A DNA stretch of 58,723 nt, filler included, from Nitrospinota bacterium (GTDB taxonomy: Bacteria; JADFOP01), in the NCBI GenBank assembly GCA_022562795.1. It is 6 parts of 6 records of this genome, joined end to end, with 100 filler letters (N's around TTAATTAATTAA, not from the genome) between each part and the next. Parts side by side here need not be neighbours in the genome. Positions count along the whole stretch, not along the records: positions 1 to 19,700 come from JADFOP010000041.1; 5 more parts are not named here. One strand, 5' to 3'. Shown here in pieces: positions 1 through 8,826 of the stretch. Under the pieces are notes generated by a model, which was not told the origin of the DNA, made no database searches, and saw only the letters and a list, made by a program, of their open reading frames with translations. The position numbers and the translations under genes are program-made. The first letter of the stretch is position 1; each line of letters opens with the position of its first letter.

Positions 1-1
1 G

Positions 2-892
2 CAACTGAAGGGTGAGGTCACCGAGCGCCATCGGGCCGAGGAGGAGCATGGAAAGGTCCGCGAGACCCTGGAAAGTCAGCTCCAGAATCGGACCGATGAT
101 CTGAAGGTGGCCCATGAGCATCTGAAGAGTGAGGTCACCGTGCGCCAGCGGGTCGAGGAGGAGCTTGGAAAGGTCCGTGAGACCCTGGAAAGTCAGCTCC
201 AGAATCGGACCGATGATCTGAAGGCGGCCCATGAGCAACTGAAGAGTGAGGTCAACGAGCGACAGCGGGCCGAGGAGGCGCAACGGTCCCAAAATGAGTT
301 CATCGAAAACGTGGTCCAGAACATCAAGGACGGGCTGGTTGTATTCGACAGGGACCTCCGCATCACCTATTGGAACAACGCCATGGAGGAGATTTCAGGA
401 ACGGCTGCAGACGAGGTACTAGGGAAGGTGGCCTTGGAAGTTTTCCCCCACCTCATTGAGGAGGGCGTGGATGAGCTGCTCAAAGCCGCCCTGGCGGGTC
501 AGGACGCTGCGAGGTCAAATATTTCTCATAAGACTTCGAATGGAAAGGTCAGGCGTACGAATGAAAGATATCTGCCCATGCGGGATCTGGCGGGAGATGT
601 CACTGGGGCGCTGGCCATTGTGGAAGATGTGACGGAGGCGCTCCGCTTGAAACTGTATGTAGACCACCTCGAGGAAGAGTTCAAGGAGTGCATGCTCGTC
701 GATATCGCCATGGGCATCATCATACAGGAGTTTGCCCTGTCGGCGGCTCAGGGCTATCGATTAATTAAGAAGCATAGCCTGGACAAGAAAAGAAAGGTGG
801 GAGAGGTGGCTATGGAAATTATTACTTTATTTGGGTCTCCCGAAGAGCAGAAAAAATCTGGGAAAAGATTTATTGGATCGATTGATGAATAA
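2..892 (+). CDS. PAS + ANTAR domain protein with 39-aa coiled-coil repeats (5' partial)
   Basis: Frame is open from window start. S-helix-like repeats (EVTERxRAEEELGKVRETLESQLQNRTDDLKAAHEQLK) precede a PAS domain (NIKDGLVVFDRDLRITYWNNAMEEISG...EDVT) and a C-terminal ANTAR-like segment (LVDIAMGIIIQEFALSAAQGYRLIKKHSLDKKRKVGEVAMEII). Confidence 0.8.
   Translation, partial: QLKGEVTERHRAEEEHGKVRETLESQLQNRTDDLKVAHEHLKSEVTVRQRVEEELGKVRETLESQLQNRTDDLKAAHEQLKSEVNERQRAEEAQRSQNEFIENVVQNIKDGLVVFDRDLRITYWNNAMEEISGTAADEVLGKVALEVFPHLIEEGVDELLKAALAGQDAARSNISHKTSNGKVRRTNERYLPMRDLAGDVTGALAIVEDVTEALRLKLYVDHLEEEFKECMLVDIAMGIIIQEFALSAAQGYRLIKKHSLDKKRKVGEVAMEIITLFGSPEEQKKSGKRFIGSIDE
5..280 (+). repeat. 117-bp in-frame tandem repeat (39 aa), about 2.3 copies visible
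   Basis: ctgaag(g/a)gtgaggtca recurs at 5, 122 and 239. The same unit recurs at about 1412-1670. Confidence 0.9.
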
Positions 893-964
893 TTTGAGGT
901 TAGCGGGGATGAGACGAAAGGTGAAGGCAAGACAAAAGGCCAACTTTGAAAGGAGGTGGTAAAA

Positions 965-1765
965 ATGCATCAAGAGAGACACCAAAGGATTGCTGAACGG
1001 CTTGCTCAATTGGGCGAAACATCTGACAACGAGTTCAGGCGGTTAAAAGGGGAGGCGCAGGAAGCCAAAGCCTACGCCGAGACCATCTTGGAGACGGTGC
1101 GGGAACCCTTTGTAGTCCTCAATGGGGACCTATGCGTGGTATCGGCAAATCAGTCTTTCTACCAGACATTCCAGGTCTCACCGGAGGAGGTGGATGGCCA
1201 CCTCATCTACAAGATGGGCAACGACCAGTGGGACATTCCCCGGTTGCGGGCGCTGCTGGAGGAGATGCTCCCGAAGGACACCCAGGTCCAGGACTTTGAG
1301 GTGGACCATGCGTTTCCGAAGATCGGGCGTAGGGCGATGCTGCTCAATGCCCGTCGCATCTCTCGGGATAACGGGGGAACCCCTTTGATTCTCCTCGCCC
1401 TTGAGGATATCACAGAGCGCCAGCGGGCCGAGGAGGAGCTTGGAAAGGTCCGCGAGACCCTGGAGAGTCAGCTCCAGAATCGGACCGATGAACTGAAGGC
1501 GGCTCATGAGCAACGGAAGGGTGAGGTCACCGAACGCAAGCGGGCCGAGGAGGAGCTTGGAAAGGTCCGCGAGACCCTGGAAAGTCAGCTCCAGAATAGG
1601 ACCGATGATCTGAAGGCGGCCCATGAGCAACTGAAGAGTGAGGTTACCGAGCGCAAGCGGTTGGAGGAGGAGATGAGTTCCCTCGAAGACCTCATCGAGA
1701 ACGAAGTCCAAAGCATCCGGGACAAGCTGGTCGCCGACGGACGGGCTACAAAGCCAACCTCATGA
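965..1765 (+). CDS. PAS domain protein (CheB/CheR-fusion type PAS) with coiled-coil repeats, probably C-terminally truncated
   Basis: GGAGG at 952 precedes ATG 965. PAS signature AYAETILETVREPFVVLNGDL...QWDIPRLRALLEE...MLLNARRI, then two 39-aa repeats. No output domain. Confidence 0.75.
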   Translation: MHQERHQRIAERLAQLGETSDNEFRRLKGEAQEAKAYAETILETVREPFVVLNGDLCVVSANQSFYQTFQVSPEEVDGHLIYKMGNDQWDIPRLRALLEEMLPKDTQVQDFEVDHAFPKIGRRAMLLNARRISRDNGGTPLILLALEDITERQRAEEELGKVRETLESQLQNRTDELKAAHEQRKGEVTERKRAEEELGKVRETLESQLQNRTDDLKAAHEQLKSEVTERKRLEEEMSSLEDLIENEVQSIRDKLVADGRATKPTS

Positions 1766-1820
1766 TGACGGCCGACAGCCAGGTTACCACAATATTCGGG
1801 CCATCCTTGATGGGGGGGAA

Positions 1821-2243
1821 TTGAAGAGGATACGGTGGAGGTGGTCGCCGAGCAGCATCCCTGAGGTTGCCCACCGCCAGTGGTGCGCTCTCTATGAGAC
1901 GTTCACCGGCCCGGTGGGGGCCACAGTCCACCTCCTGGAGCCGGAAAAGGACCTGCCTGACATGGTCTTCACCGCCTCGGACATGCACACCACCTGGCAA
2001 TGGGCCAAGCAGATCGCCGCCAGCGACTGGCTAGGGCGACATCCCTACCACCCCTACGGCGATTGGATGAAGCAGATCGCCCCGATGGAGACCTGGGAAC
2101 GCTGGCGGGGCGGACCGATGATCTTTCACCAGTCGCCCCTCAGAAGGCTTTGGGAAATTAATTTCCTCAGGGATTTGGAGCATCCGGTGAGAACCCCGCC
2201 TGCCAAACCGGACCCCCAGCCAAGCGTAGGTGACCGTCGGTAA
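1821..2243 (+). pseudogene. Chimeric gene fragments (amidinotransferase-like N-terminal piece joined to an unrelated fragment)
   Basis: AHRQWCALYETFTGPVGATVHLLEPEKDLPDMVFTA resembles the N-terminus of amidinotransferase-family proteins, then the sequence switches abruptly. TTG start with no clear RBS. Confidence 0.45.
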
Positions 2244-2408
2244 CGATGGGGCGCTAATCGAAAAAAGCGACCGGCCTGATTCCTTAACCTAAAGAAAGCT
2301 CTCTTGTCGAGAGTCTCCTGGGATAATTAATCCTAGGAATTTGTTGGACTTTTCCGCCCCCAGCATATATATTATATAATTAAAATAAAGTATCGTATCT
2401 CTCAATAA

Positions 2409-2496
2409 CCGCTATTCTGACCTTGGGGGAGTGAGTCAGTGAAAGCGGATTCTAGAAGCCAGGTTGCCCTTTAAGGAGGGTAGCTCGGCTTTTTTT
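2409..2496 (+). promoter_or_regulatory. Structured leader: hairpin plus intrinsic terminator (copy 1)
   Basis: Nested stems ccgct/agcgg and ctgac/gtcag with a GGGGGAG loop, then stem agccaggttgccct/agggtagctcggct and T7. Homologous to 19527-19610. Confidence 0.65.
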
Positions 2497-2645
2497 ATTG
2501 TGAAATTTGACCTACGTGATAGGGGTCGGCCTTAAACTGGTACAACATTAAAGATGAAATGAAGAGCACCCTGGAGACCTGAATTCCCCAGGGTGTCGAT
2601 CAGGTTTATGGTGTGGTTGCTCCAGAGGAAGGTCACGGCTGCGGA

Positions 2646-2759
2646 GCTGATTGAGATGGGCTTCCGCGTGTTTTGGCCGCCTTCATATAGAAAGTGTAAC
2701 AAAAGGTCTGAAAAAGAGGAGATTTAGGTCATTGGCTATAAGCTGCCGCATAATCTCGG
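2646..2759. mobile_element. Dispersed ~114-bp repeat, probable mobile-element terminus remnant
   Basis: Near-identical reverse-complement copy at 49403-49516 on another contig. Confidence 0.6.
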
Positions 2760-2851
2760 CTAAAATAAGGTTGTGGGCTAATGCGCTAAACTCCTTTGCC
2801 TAACAGCCGATAATATAATGGAGTTCTTTCAATTTTTAAAAAGGCGCAACC

Positions 2852-3973
2852 ATGCGAGACCAAGATAGCACAGTACTTAACCATGCGCTCGATTCCTCAT
2901 CACGGAATGGGGAGAACCGCGAGAAGCATGTCTCTGACCCACAGCAACCAGACTCTGAGGTCTCCTCTTCCGTGGAGCTGTCGCCGGAGGGTGACCTCCT
3001 TTCTGACCTTCTGTACTGGCACGCGCGCAACGTAATTAGGGATCTATTTGACTGTGTGAGAAAGAAGCATCCGTGGGATCCGCTCGAAGCCCACATGCTG
3101 GCCTTCTCCCTTGTGGACAACGTCTTGACCAGCCAGTTCCTGCGGCCCTCCAACTTCATGGAGCATTACGAGCAGAGCCTCTTCCAGCGGGCGTTTTGCT
3201 TCGAGACCAACGTTTCGGATCTCGTGGAGCACACCCTCAAAGTCACCCTCTTAGCGACCAAGCTCGGCTCCCTTCTGAAGTACTCCCACTTTGAACTCGT
3301 CCGCCTCGCCTTAGAGTCTCTTTTCCACAACATGGGAATGGCCTTCATCTCGGGCAAAATCCTCAATAAACGCGGCGAGCTGACCCATGACGATAAAATT
3401 TCCATTCATATGCACCCGAAGATAGGGGCTGATTTTGTAAAAGAACTGGGCGAGAATTACAATTTCATTGCCGATGTTATCTATCAAGTGCACGAGCGGG
3501 AGAACGGGGAGGGCTACCCCGAGGGGCTCTCGGGAGACAGCATCCATATGGATGCCAAGATTATCGGCATCTGTGATGTCTACGTGGCTTTGTGCCAGGC
3601 CAGGATTAATCGAGAGGCCCTCACGCCTTACGAGGCCCTTCAGAAGATTCTTGATGATATGGAAGATCAGTTTGCCCCCAACATCGCCAACGCATTGCTG
3701 GAGGCTCTTTCCATGTATCCCGTGGGTAGCCTCATCCAGTTTGAGTCGGGTGAGATAGGGCAAGTCGTCGCGGCAAATCCACAAACACCCATGCGTCCCG
3801 TCGTCGAACGCCTTTCAGACACTACAGGCCATGTATATCCTCCCCAATTGGTGGATTTGGCCGAAGACTCATCGGTCAATATCAAGGCCATCCTCTCCAA
3901 AAGTATGCTTAAGGATATGATGAGCTCTATAGAGCGAGAAGGAATGCCAAGTAACGATGGCGAAGCCGCCTAA
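2852..3973 (+). CDS. HD-GYP domain protein (degenerate HD motif)
   Basis: HERENGEGYPEGLSGDSIHMDAKIIGICDVY is present, the HD dyad appears as LFHNMG, and the C-terminus has YPVGSLIQFESGEIGQVV...RPVV. Confidence 0.88.
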   Translation: MRDQDSTVLNHALDSSSRNGENREKHVSDPQQPDSEVSSSVELSPEGDLLSDLLYWHARNVIRDLFDCVRKKHPWDPLEAHMLAFSLVDNVLTSQFLRPSNFMEHYEQSLFQRAFCFETNVSDLVEHTLKVTLLATKLGSLLKYSHFELVRLALESLFHNMGMAFISGKILNKRGELTHDDKISIHMHPKIGADFVKELGENYNFIADVIYQVHERENGEGYPEGLSGDSIHMDAKIIGICDVYVALCQARINREALTPYEALQKILDDMEDQFAPNIANALLEALSMYPVGSLIQFESGEIGQVVAANPQTPMRPVVERLSDTTGHVYPPQLVDLAEDSSVNIKAILSKSMLKDMMSSIEREGMPSNDGEAA

Positions 3974-4044
3974 TTCACGCCCAGCCGCCTGGAACCTCTC
4001 TAATCATCTGCTGAATTAGCCCACTACCCTGAACAACGTTCGCT

Positions 4045-4073
4045 TTGACAGCCCCAGGGGGGCGTGGTATATA
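4045..4073 (+). promoter_or_regulatory. sigma70-like promoter for the DapA-family gene
   Basis: TTGACA-17-TATATA with a TG extension. Confidence 0.65.
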
Positions 4074-4108
4074 CGGGGCTCGACCTCGCCTAGGACGGAG
4101 GAGCGAAT

Positions 4109-5005
4109 GTGGAGTTACGAGGCATCCTCCCGCCCATCCCTACCCCTTTTAGGCCAGATGGCACTCTGGACCTCGAGTCCCTGAAAGCCAACCTTTCCAG
4201 GTGGAACACGACGGGGCTTGCCGGATACCTGGTGCTGGGCTCCAATGGCGAGGCGCCGCATCTAGCGGCCGAGGAGAAGCGGGCCGTTTTCGAAGCCGCC
4301 CGCGAGGCCATCCCGCCTAACTTGGTCTTCATGGCCGGAACCGGAGAGACTACGACCCGGGCCACCATCGCCACCACCCGCATGGCCGCCGAGGTCGGGG
4401 CTGACTGCGCCCTCGTCATCACCCCCTCCTTTTACCGTAGCAAGATGACTCCCGAGGTGTTGGCCGACCACTACCGGGCTGTGGCCGAGGCTACCTCCAT
4501 CCCCATCCTCCTCTACAACGTGCCGGCCTACACCGGGCTGAACTTCCCCCTCGAGGCGGTCTCAACCCTTGCCGAGCACGAGAACATCGTAGGGATCAAA
4601 GACAGCCTCGGCGACCTTGCCCAGCTCGGCCGCATCCTGAGTGAAACCCCCGAGGAGTTCAGAGTCCTTACAGGCAGTGCCCCTGCCTTTTACCCGGCCC
4701 TCTGCCTGGGCGCCCACGGGGGAGTCTTGGCCGTGGCCTGCCCCTTGCCGGAGCGATGCGTGGCTATTTACGAAGCCTTTCGGGCCGGCGACCATGCCGC
4801 CGCCCGCGCCGGCCAGTTCGCCCTCCTTAAGGTGGCCCGGCTGGTGACGGCCGCCCACGGCATAGGGGGCCTCAAGGCCGCTCTCGACCACCTGGGCTAC
4901 TACGGCGGGTCACCCAGGGCGCCGCTGCCTTCGCCTGGCCCAGAGGTGAAACGCGCCATAGCCGAGGCCCTCGACGCCCTCGGCCCGGTAGACGCCGAAG
5001 CCTGA
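4109..5005 (+). CDS. Dihydrodipicolinate synthase (DapA) family aldolase
   Basis: GILPPIPTPF, LGSNGE, ILLYNVP and GIKDS motifs. GGAGG RBS. Confidence 0.92.
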   Translation: MELRGILPPIPTPFRPDGTLDLESLKANLSRWNTTGLAGYLVLGSNGEAPHLAAEEKRAVFEAAREAIPPNLVFMAGTGETTTRATIATTRMAAEVGADCALVITPSFYRSKMTPEVLADHYRAVAEATSIPILLYNVPAYTGLNFPLEAVSTLAEHENIVGIKDSLGDLAQLGRILSETPEEFRVLTGSAPAFYPALCLGAHGGVLAVACPLPERCVAIYEAFRAGDHAAARAGQFALLKVARLVTAAHGIGGLKAALDHLGYYGGSPRAPLPSPGPEVKRAIAEALDALGPVDAEA

Positions 5006-5046
5006 GGCCATAGATTAAGAGGCGACGCCCGTCCCCCCTTTCGAAA

Positions 5047-6003
5047 ATGCGTGCCCTAACCTACATCGACCGGCTCCGGCTGGAGACCTCCTACCCCGTA
5101 CCGGAACGCCTGCCAGGCGAGGCTCTCCTGAGGGTCCGGGTGGCGGGCATCTGCGCGACCGACTTAGAGCTCATTCGGGGCTACATGGACTTCGAGGGGG
5201 TGTTGGGCCACGAGTTCGTCGCCGAGGTGGTCGAGGCCGACACTCCCGCCCTGGTGGGCCGGCGGGTGGTGGGAGAGATTAACTGCCCGTGCCGCGAATG
5301 CCCCACCTGCGCCGAAGGTCTGCAGAACCACTGCCCGGGCAGGACGGTCCTCGGCATCCTCGAGCGCGATGGGGCCTTCGCCGACTACACCACCCTTCCG
5401 GAGGCTTGCCTCCACCAGATACCGGAGGAGCTGGACGAGCGGGTCGCCGTCTTCGCCGAACCTCTAGCGGCGGCCCTCCGGGTGCTGGAGCAGGCGCCCG
5501 TTGACGGGGAGACCACCGTTTGCGTGCTGGGCGACGGCAAGCTGGGCATGCTGGTGGCCCAGGTCCTCCATACCACGGGCTGCCGGCTCACGGTGCTCGG
5601 CCACCACGAGGAGAAGCTCGATATTCTAAGGGCCCGTGGAATAGCGGCCAGCCTGGCCGAGGAGGCGCCGGGGGTGCGATACCAGGTGGTGGTGGATGCT
5701 ACCGGCTTGCCCGAAGGGCTTGGCCAGGCACTGGGCCTCGTGGCTCCCCGGGGGACCGTTGTGCTGAAGACCACTGTCGCGGGAGAAACCACGCTAACCC
5801 TGGCCCCGGTGGTCATCGACGAGGTAACCGTCGTCGGCAGCCGCTGCGGGCCACTTGATAAGGCCGTAGAGTGGCTCGCTGCCGGGCGGGTGGAGGTGGA
5901 GCCCCTCATCGAGGCGGCATATCCCCTCTCCGAAGGCATCGAGGCCTTCGGGCACGCCGCCCGCCGGGGCGCCCGGAAAATTCTCCTCACTATGGATTCC
6001 TGA
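5047..6003 (+). CDS. Zn-dependent alcohol dehydrogenase (MDR family)
   Basis: GICATD, GHEF, CRECPTC...HC Zn sites and GDGKLG. Confidence 0.92.
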   Translation: MRALTYIDRLRLETSYPVPERLPGEALLRVRVAGICATDLELIRGYMDFEGVLGHEFVAEVVEADTPALVGRRVVGEINCPCRECPTCAEGLQNHCPGRTVLGILERDGAFADYTTLPEACLHQIPEELDERVAVFAEPLAAALRVLEQAPVDGETTVCVLGDGKLGMLVAQVLHTTGCRLTVLGHHEEKLDILRARGIAASLAEEAPGVRYQVVVDATGLPEGLGQALGLVAPRGTVVLKTTVAGETTLTLAPVVIDEVTVVGSRCGPLDKAVEWLAAGRVEVEPLIEAAYPLSEGIEAFGHAARRGARKILLTMDS

Positions 6004-6049
6004 GAGGCGGCTTGCGTGATGGGGAGAGGCTGACTTGAAGCGTCCTTCG

Positions 6050-7120
6050 CTAGGGGTATAGTTTCTTAAAGACTTCGTGGGCACGGGAAGATTTGAGGCT
6101 CTTCAGGTGTCCGTAAGCCTTCACGGCCCCTTCTCGTCTGCCCGCCTTGAGGTACGTATTGGCGGCTTCATACAGATAATGATCCGCCAGCGCCCTGCGC
6201 CCTTTTAAAGCATAGACCACTCCGAGGTGGTAGTTTGCCTCGGCTAAGTCTGGCTTATGGTGAATGGCTGCTTTGTAAGAGGCGATGGCCTTATCCGAAT
6301 GGCCCTTCTTCTCGTAAGCCATGCCGAGGTTGCGGTGGGCCTCTGCCAGGTCCGGCTTATGGCGGATTGCCTCTTCGTACGAAGCGATGGCGGCCTCGTT
6401 CCAGCCCTTCTTCTCATAGGCCATGCCGAGGTTGAGGTGGGCCTCTGCCAGGTCCGGCTTAAGGCGGATTGCCTCTTCGTACGAGGCGATGCTGGCGTCC
6501 AACGAGCCATCGGTCCTGCTGCGGGCCATGCCGAGGCTGTAGTGAGCCTCTGTCAGGTCCGGCTCCAGGCGAACCGCCTCTTTGTAAGAGGCCGTAGCCT
6601 CATCACGCTGTCCCATATCCTCGTAGGTCTTTCCTAGATAGAGATGGGCCCTCGCATTATCGGGCCGGAGGCTGATGATTCTCTTATAGACTGCGACGGC
6701 TTCCGCATCTTGGCCCTTTTTTTTATGGACGTCGGCCAGAAAGAAATGCAGGTCGACATCCGGCTTAAGAAGAATGGCCTCCCAGTATATGGAAATAGCA
6801 GTATCCAGATCCCCTTTGCCCAAATAGGCTCCCGCGAGCGCCCCGAGCGAGAAACTGATCTTTTGAGAGTCGGTCTCAAGGTCGAGAGCTTCCTTACACA
6901 AAATGATGTTTGTCTCCCAATCAGGGTTACGTCCCTGGAGGGCAAGAGCCCTATTTGCGCCTGAGGTCTTCACACATCGGCGCCACGGGGCCATCTCTTT
7001 CCGTGATGAAACTACCTCCCCGACCGCCCATTCAGGCGAGAGAACCGAGCCGCTGCACAAGACCCCAAGCAGCGTGGCTGCGACAGCAACCTCAAGTAAG
7101 CGGCGGTGGCTCCGTCTCAC
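6050..7120 (-). CDS. Tetratricopeptide repeat protein, probably exported
   Basis: N-terminal hydrophobic segment and multiple 34-aa TPRs (AEAHxNLGMAYEKKG...AIASYEEAIRLKPDL). Confidence 0.9.
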   Translation of the reverse strand: MRRSHRRLLEVAVAATLLGVLCSGSVLSPEWAVGEVVSSRKEMAPWRRCVKTSGANRALALQGRNPDWETNIILCKEALDLETDSQKISFSLGALAGAYLGKGDLDTAISIYWEAILLKPDVDLHFFLADVHKKKGQDAEAVAVYKRIISLRPDNARAHLYLGKTYEDMGQRDEATASYKEAVRLEPDLTEAHYSLGMARSRTDGSLDASIASYEEAIRLKPDLAEAHLNLGMAYEKKGWNEAAIASYEEAIRHKPDLAEAHRNLGMAYEKKGHSDKAIASYKAAIHHKPDLAEANYHLGVVYALKGRRALADHYLYEAANTYLKAGRREGAVKAYGHLKSLKSSRAHEVFKKLYP

Positions 7121-7359
7121 ATCCAGTTCCCCCGAAAAATAATCCCCTTCCCAGGAATGGCCCTGGTAGAGGCGATAGACAATATATTTGACGATGGAAC
7201 GGAAAGAAACTTGCCCAGCAAGCCAGGACTATGTGCTATGGTATCTGCATATCAGCCCGCATGCTCCAAGCTTCTCCCTCAATATAGACTAACGGTAATA
7301 GGAGCGATGACTTTAATTAATTCGAGGGCCCTTACAATCATCATCAAGAGGAGAGCCTC

Positions 7360-7665
7360 ATGAAAACGCTATACTTCGCCGCTGTTGTTCTCATTTCCGG
7401 CATTTTTATCGCTGCCGCGGCGGGCCCGACCGTGGCTGAATGGCACGAGAAAGCCCAGCCTCCCAAGCTCGACATCAACAAGGCCACCCAGCGCGACATA
7501 GCTATAAAAATCAACCCGGTCCTGGGCAAAGACGTCTGCCACGCCATCACCGGCGACCGAAGGGAAAGGGGGCCTTACAAGAGCCTGGAGGAGCTCGCCC
7601 GCGTGCAAAAAATCACGAAGGCAGATGTGGAGAAGCTCCGCGATACGGTCTGCGTCGATTGCTGA
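7360..7665 (+). CDS. Exported helix-hairpin-helix (ComEA-like) protein
   Basis: Signal peptide, then LDINKATQRDI...GPYKSLEELARVQKI. GAGGAG RBS. Confidence 0.75.
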   Translation: MKTLYFAAVVLISGIFIAAAAGPTVAEWHEKAQPPKLDINKATQRDIAIKINPVLGKDVCHAITGDRRERGPYKSLEELARVQKITKADVEKLRDTVCVDC

Positions 7666-7794
7666 TACATGCATCCAGGGCGTATGGCAGCCCTGGCCGG
7701 GCCGTTAAATAAGGATTGACATTGCCCGAAAACCCCAATTATTATTATAGATAAGGCCACTCCGGTCTCCCCGTCAAGCTTTCCCGGAGGAATT

Positions 7795-8058
7795 ATGTTC
7801 GGTTTAGGGATGCAGGAGCTAATCATCATTCTGCTCATCGGGCTGCTCGTCTTCGGGGCCAACAAGCTGCCGGAGATAGGCCGGGGCCTTGGCAAAGGAA
7901 TAAGGGAGTTTCGTAAGGCATCCTCAGAGCTTACAGACTCACTGGAGGAAGAAGAAGAGCCGGAGAAGCCGTCCACCGTCGCCCAGGCGGAGGCCGGGAG
8001 CCCCGAGGAGGAGGAAAAAAAAACGGCGGATTCTCCGACCGAATCGCCGAAGAGCTGA
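7795..8058 (+). CDS. tatA: Twin-arginine translocase TatA/E subunit
   Basis: [48 protein letters not shown] at 7716 upstream. Confidence 0.95.
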   Translation: MFGLGMQELIIILLIGLLVFGANKLPEIGRGLGKGIREFRKASSELTDSLEEEEEPEKPSTVAQAEAGSPEEEEKKTADSPTESPKS

Positions 8059-8170
8059 AAGAGAGAGCTTCCCGAGCAATTCCTGGGTGGCGCGGGGTGT
8101 CGAACCTGAAGCGACAGGCAAGGCGACTTAAGAGATGGGCGGGCCAGTAAGGCCTGTCGTTGGAAATATT

Positions 8171-8204
8171 AACCGGAGAGCCATTCCAGCGGCTCTCCGG
8201 TTTT
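8171..8204. terminator. Intrinsic terminator between convergent genes
   Basis: Perfect 12-bp stem aaccggagagcc/ggctctccggtt running into Ts. Confidence 0.75.
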
Positions 8205-8239
8205 CGTTACTCTAGGCTCTCGTGCGCCTCATAGAGGTT

Positions 8240-8455
8240 TCACGAGGGGCCGCGCTTGTGCAGGATGTGGTCGATCTCCTCTTGAACGCGCCGCTCGGCC
8301 TCTTCTCGACTTGCGACCTCGTCGATAAAGACGAGCCGGTCGCGGCCCGGCCCACGTTTCGTCTGAGGTCCAGCCTCTGGTATCCAGCCGTAGGCGAACC
8401 ACCGACCGCGCAGCTTATGGGAGCCGATGAGATAGCCCTGATACGGCCTATCCAC
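8240..8455 (-). CDS. Small hypothetical protein
   Basis: 71-aa ORF with AAGGAG upstream of GTG, ending just before the shared terminator. Confidence 0.5.
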   Translation of the reverse strand: MDRPYQGYLIGSHKLRGRWFAYGWIPEAGPQTKRGPGRDRLVFIDEVASREEAERRVQEEIDHILHKRGPS

Positions 8456-8826
8456 CCTACACTACTCCTTTCAATCAATCCGCACGGGGCAAGGAGCTTT
8501 AGAACGCCTCGCAACTTTAATGAGCACATCTGGTATTGCCCAGGCAAATGTACCACAATATGTTGAGCTGTCAATGATTTTTTCAATTCGAGGGAGCCGC
8601 TTCGGGAGCAAGTGTCACAGGGGGGCAATTTGGTGGAGAAATATTAATCGTTATAATATTTTGGAAAACTCAACATCTCCCGAGATTGCCGATCTTTTAA
8701 AATACATCCGCGTTATCCAGGCCTTCCTCTCGTGCAAAAGAATAGTTCGACGGGTTGCTAACGCCGGCGGTGAGTTTTCTCTCAATGGCGGGGTTAAGTT
8801 ATTGAGCCAAATCGCCGATAAGTTAG

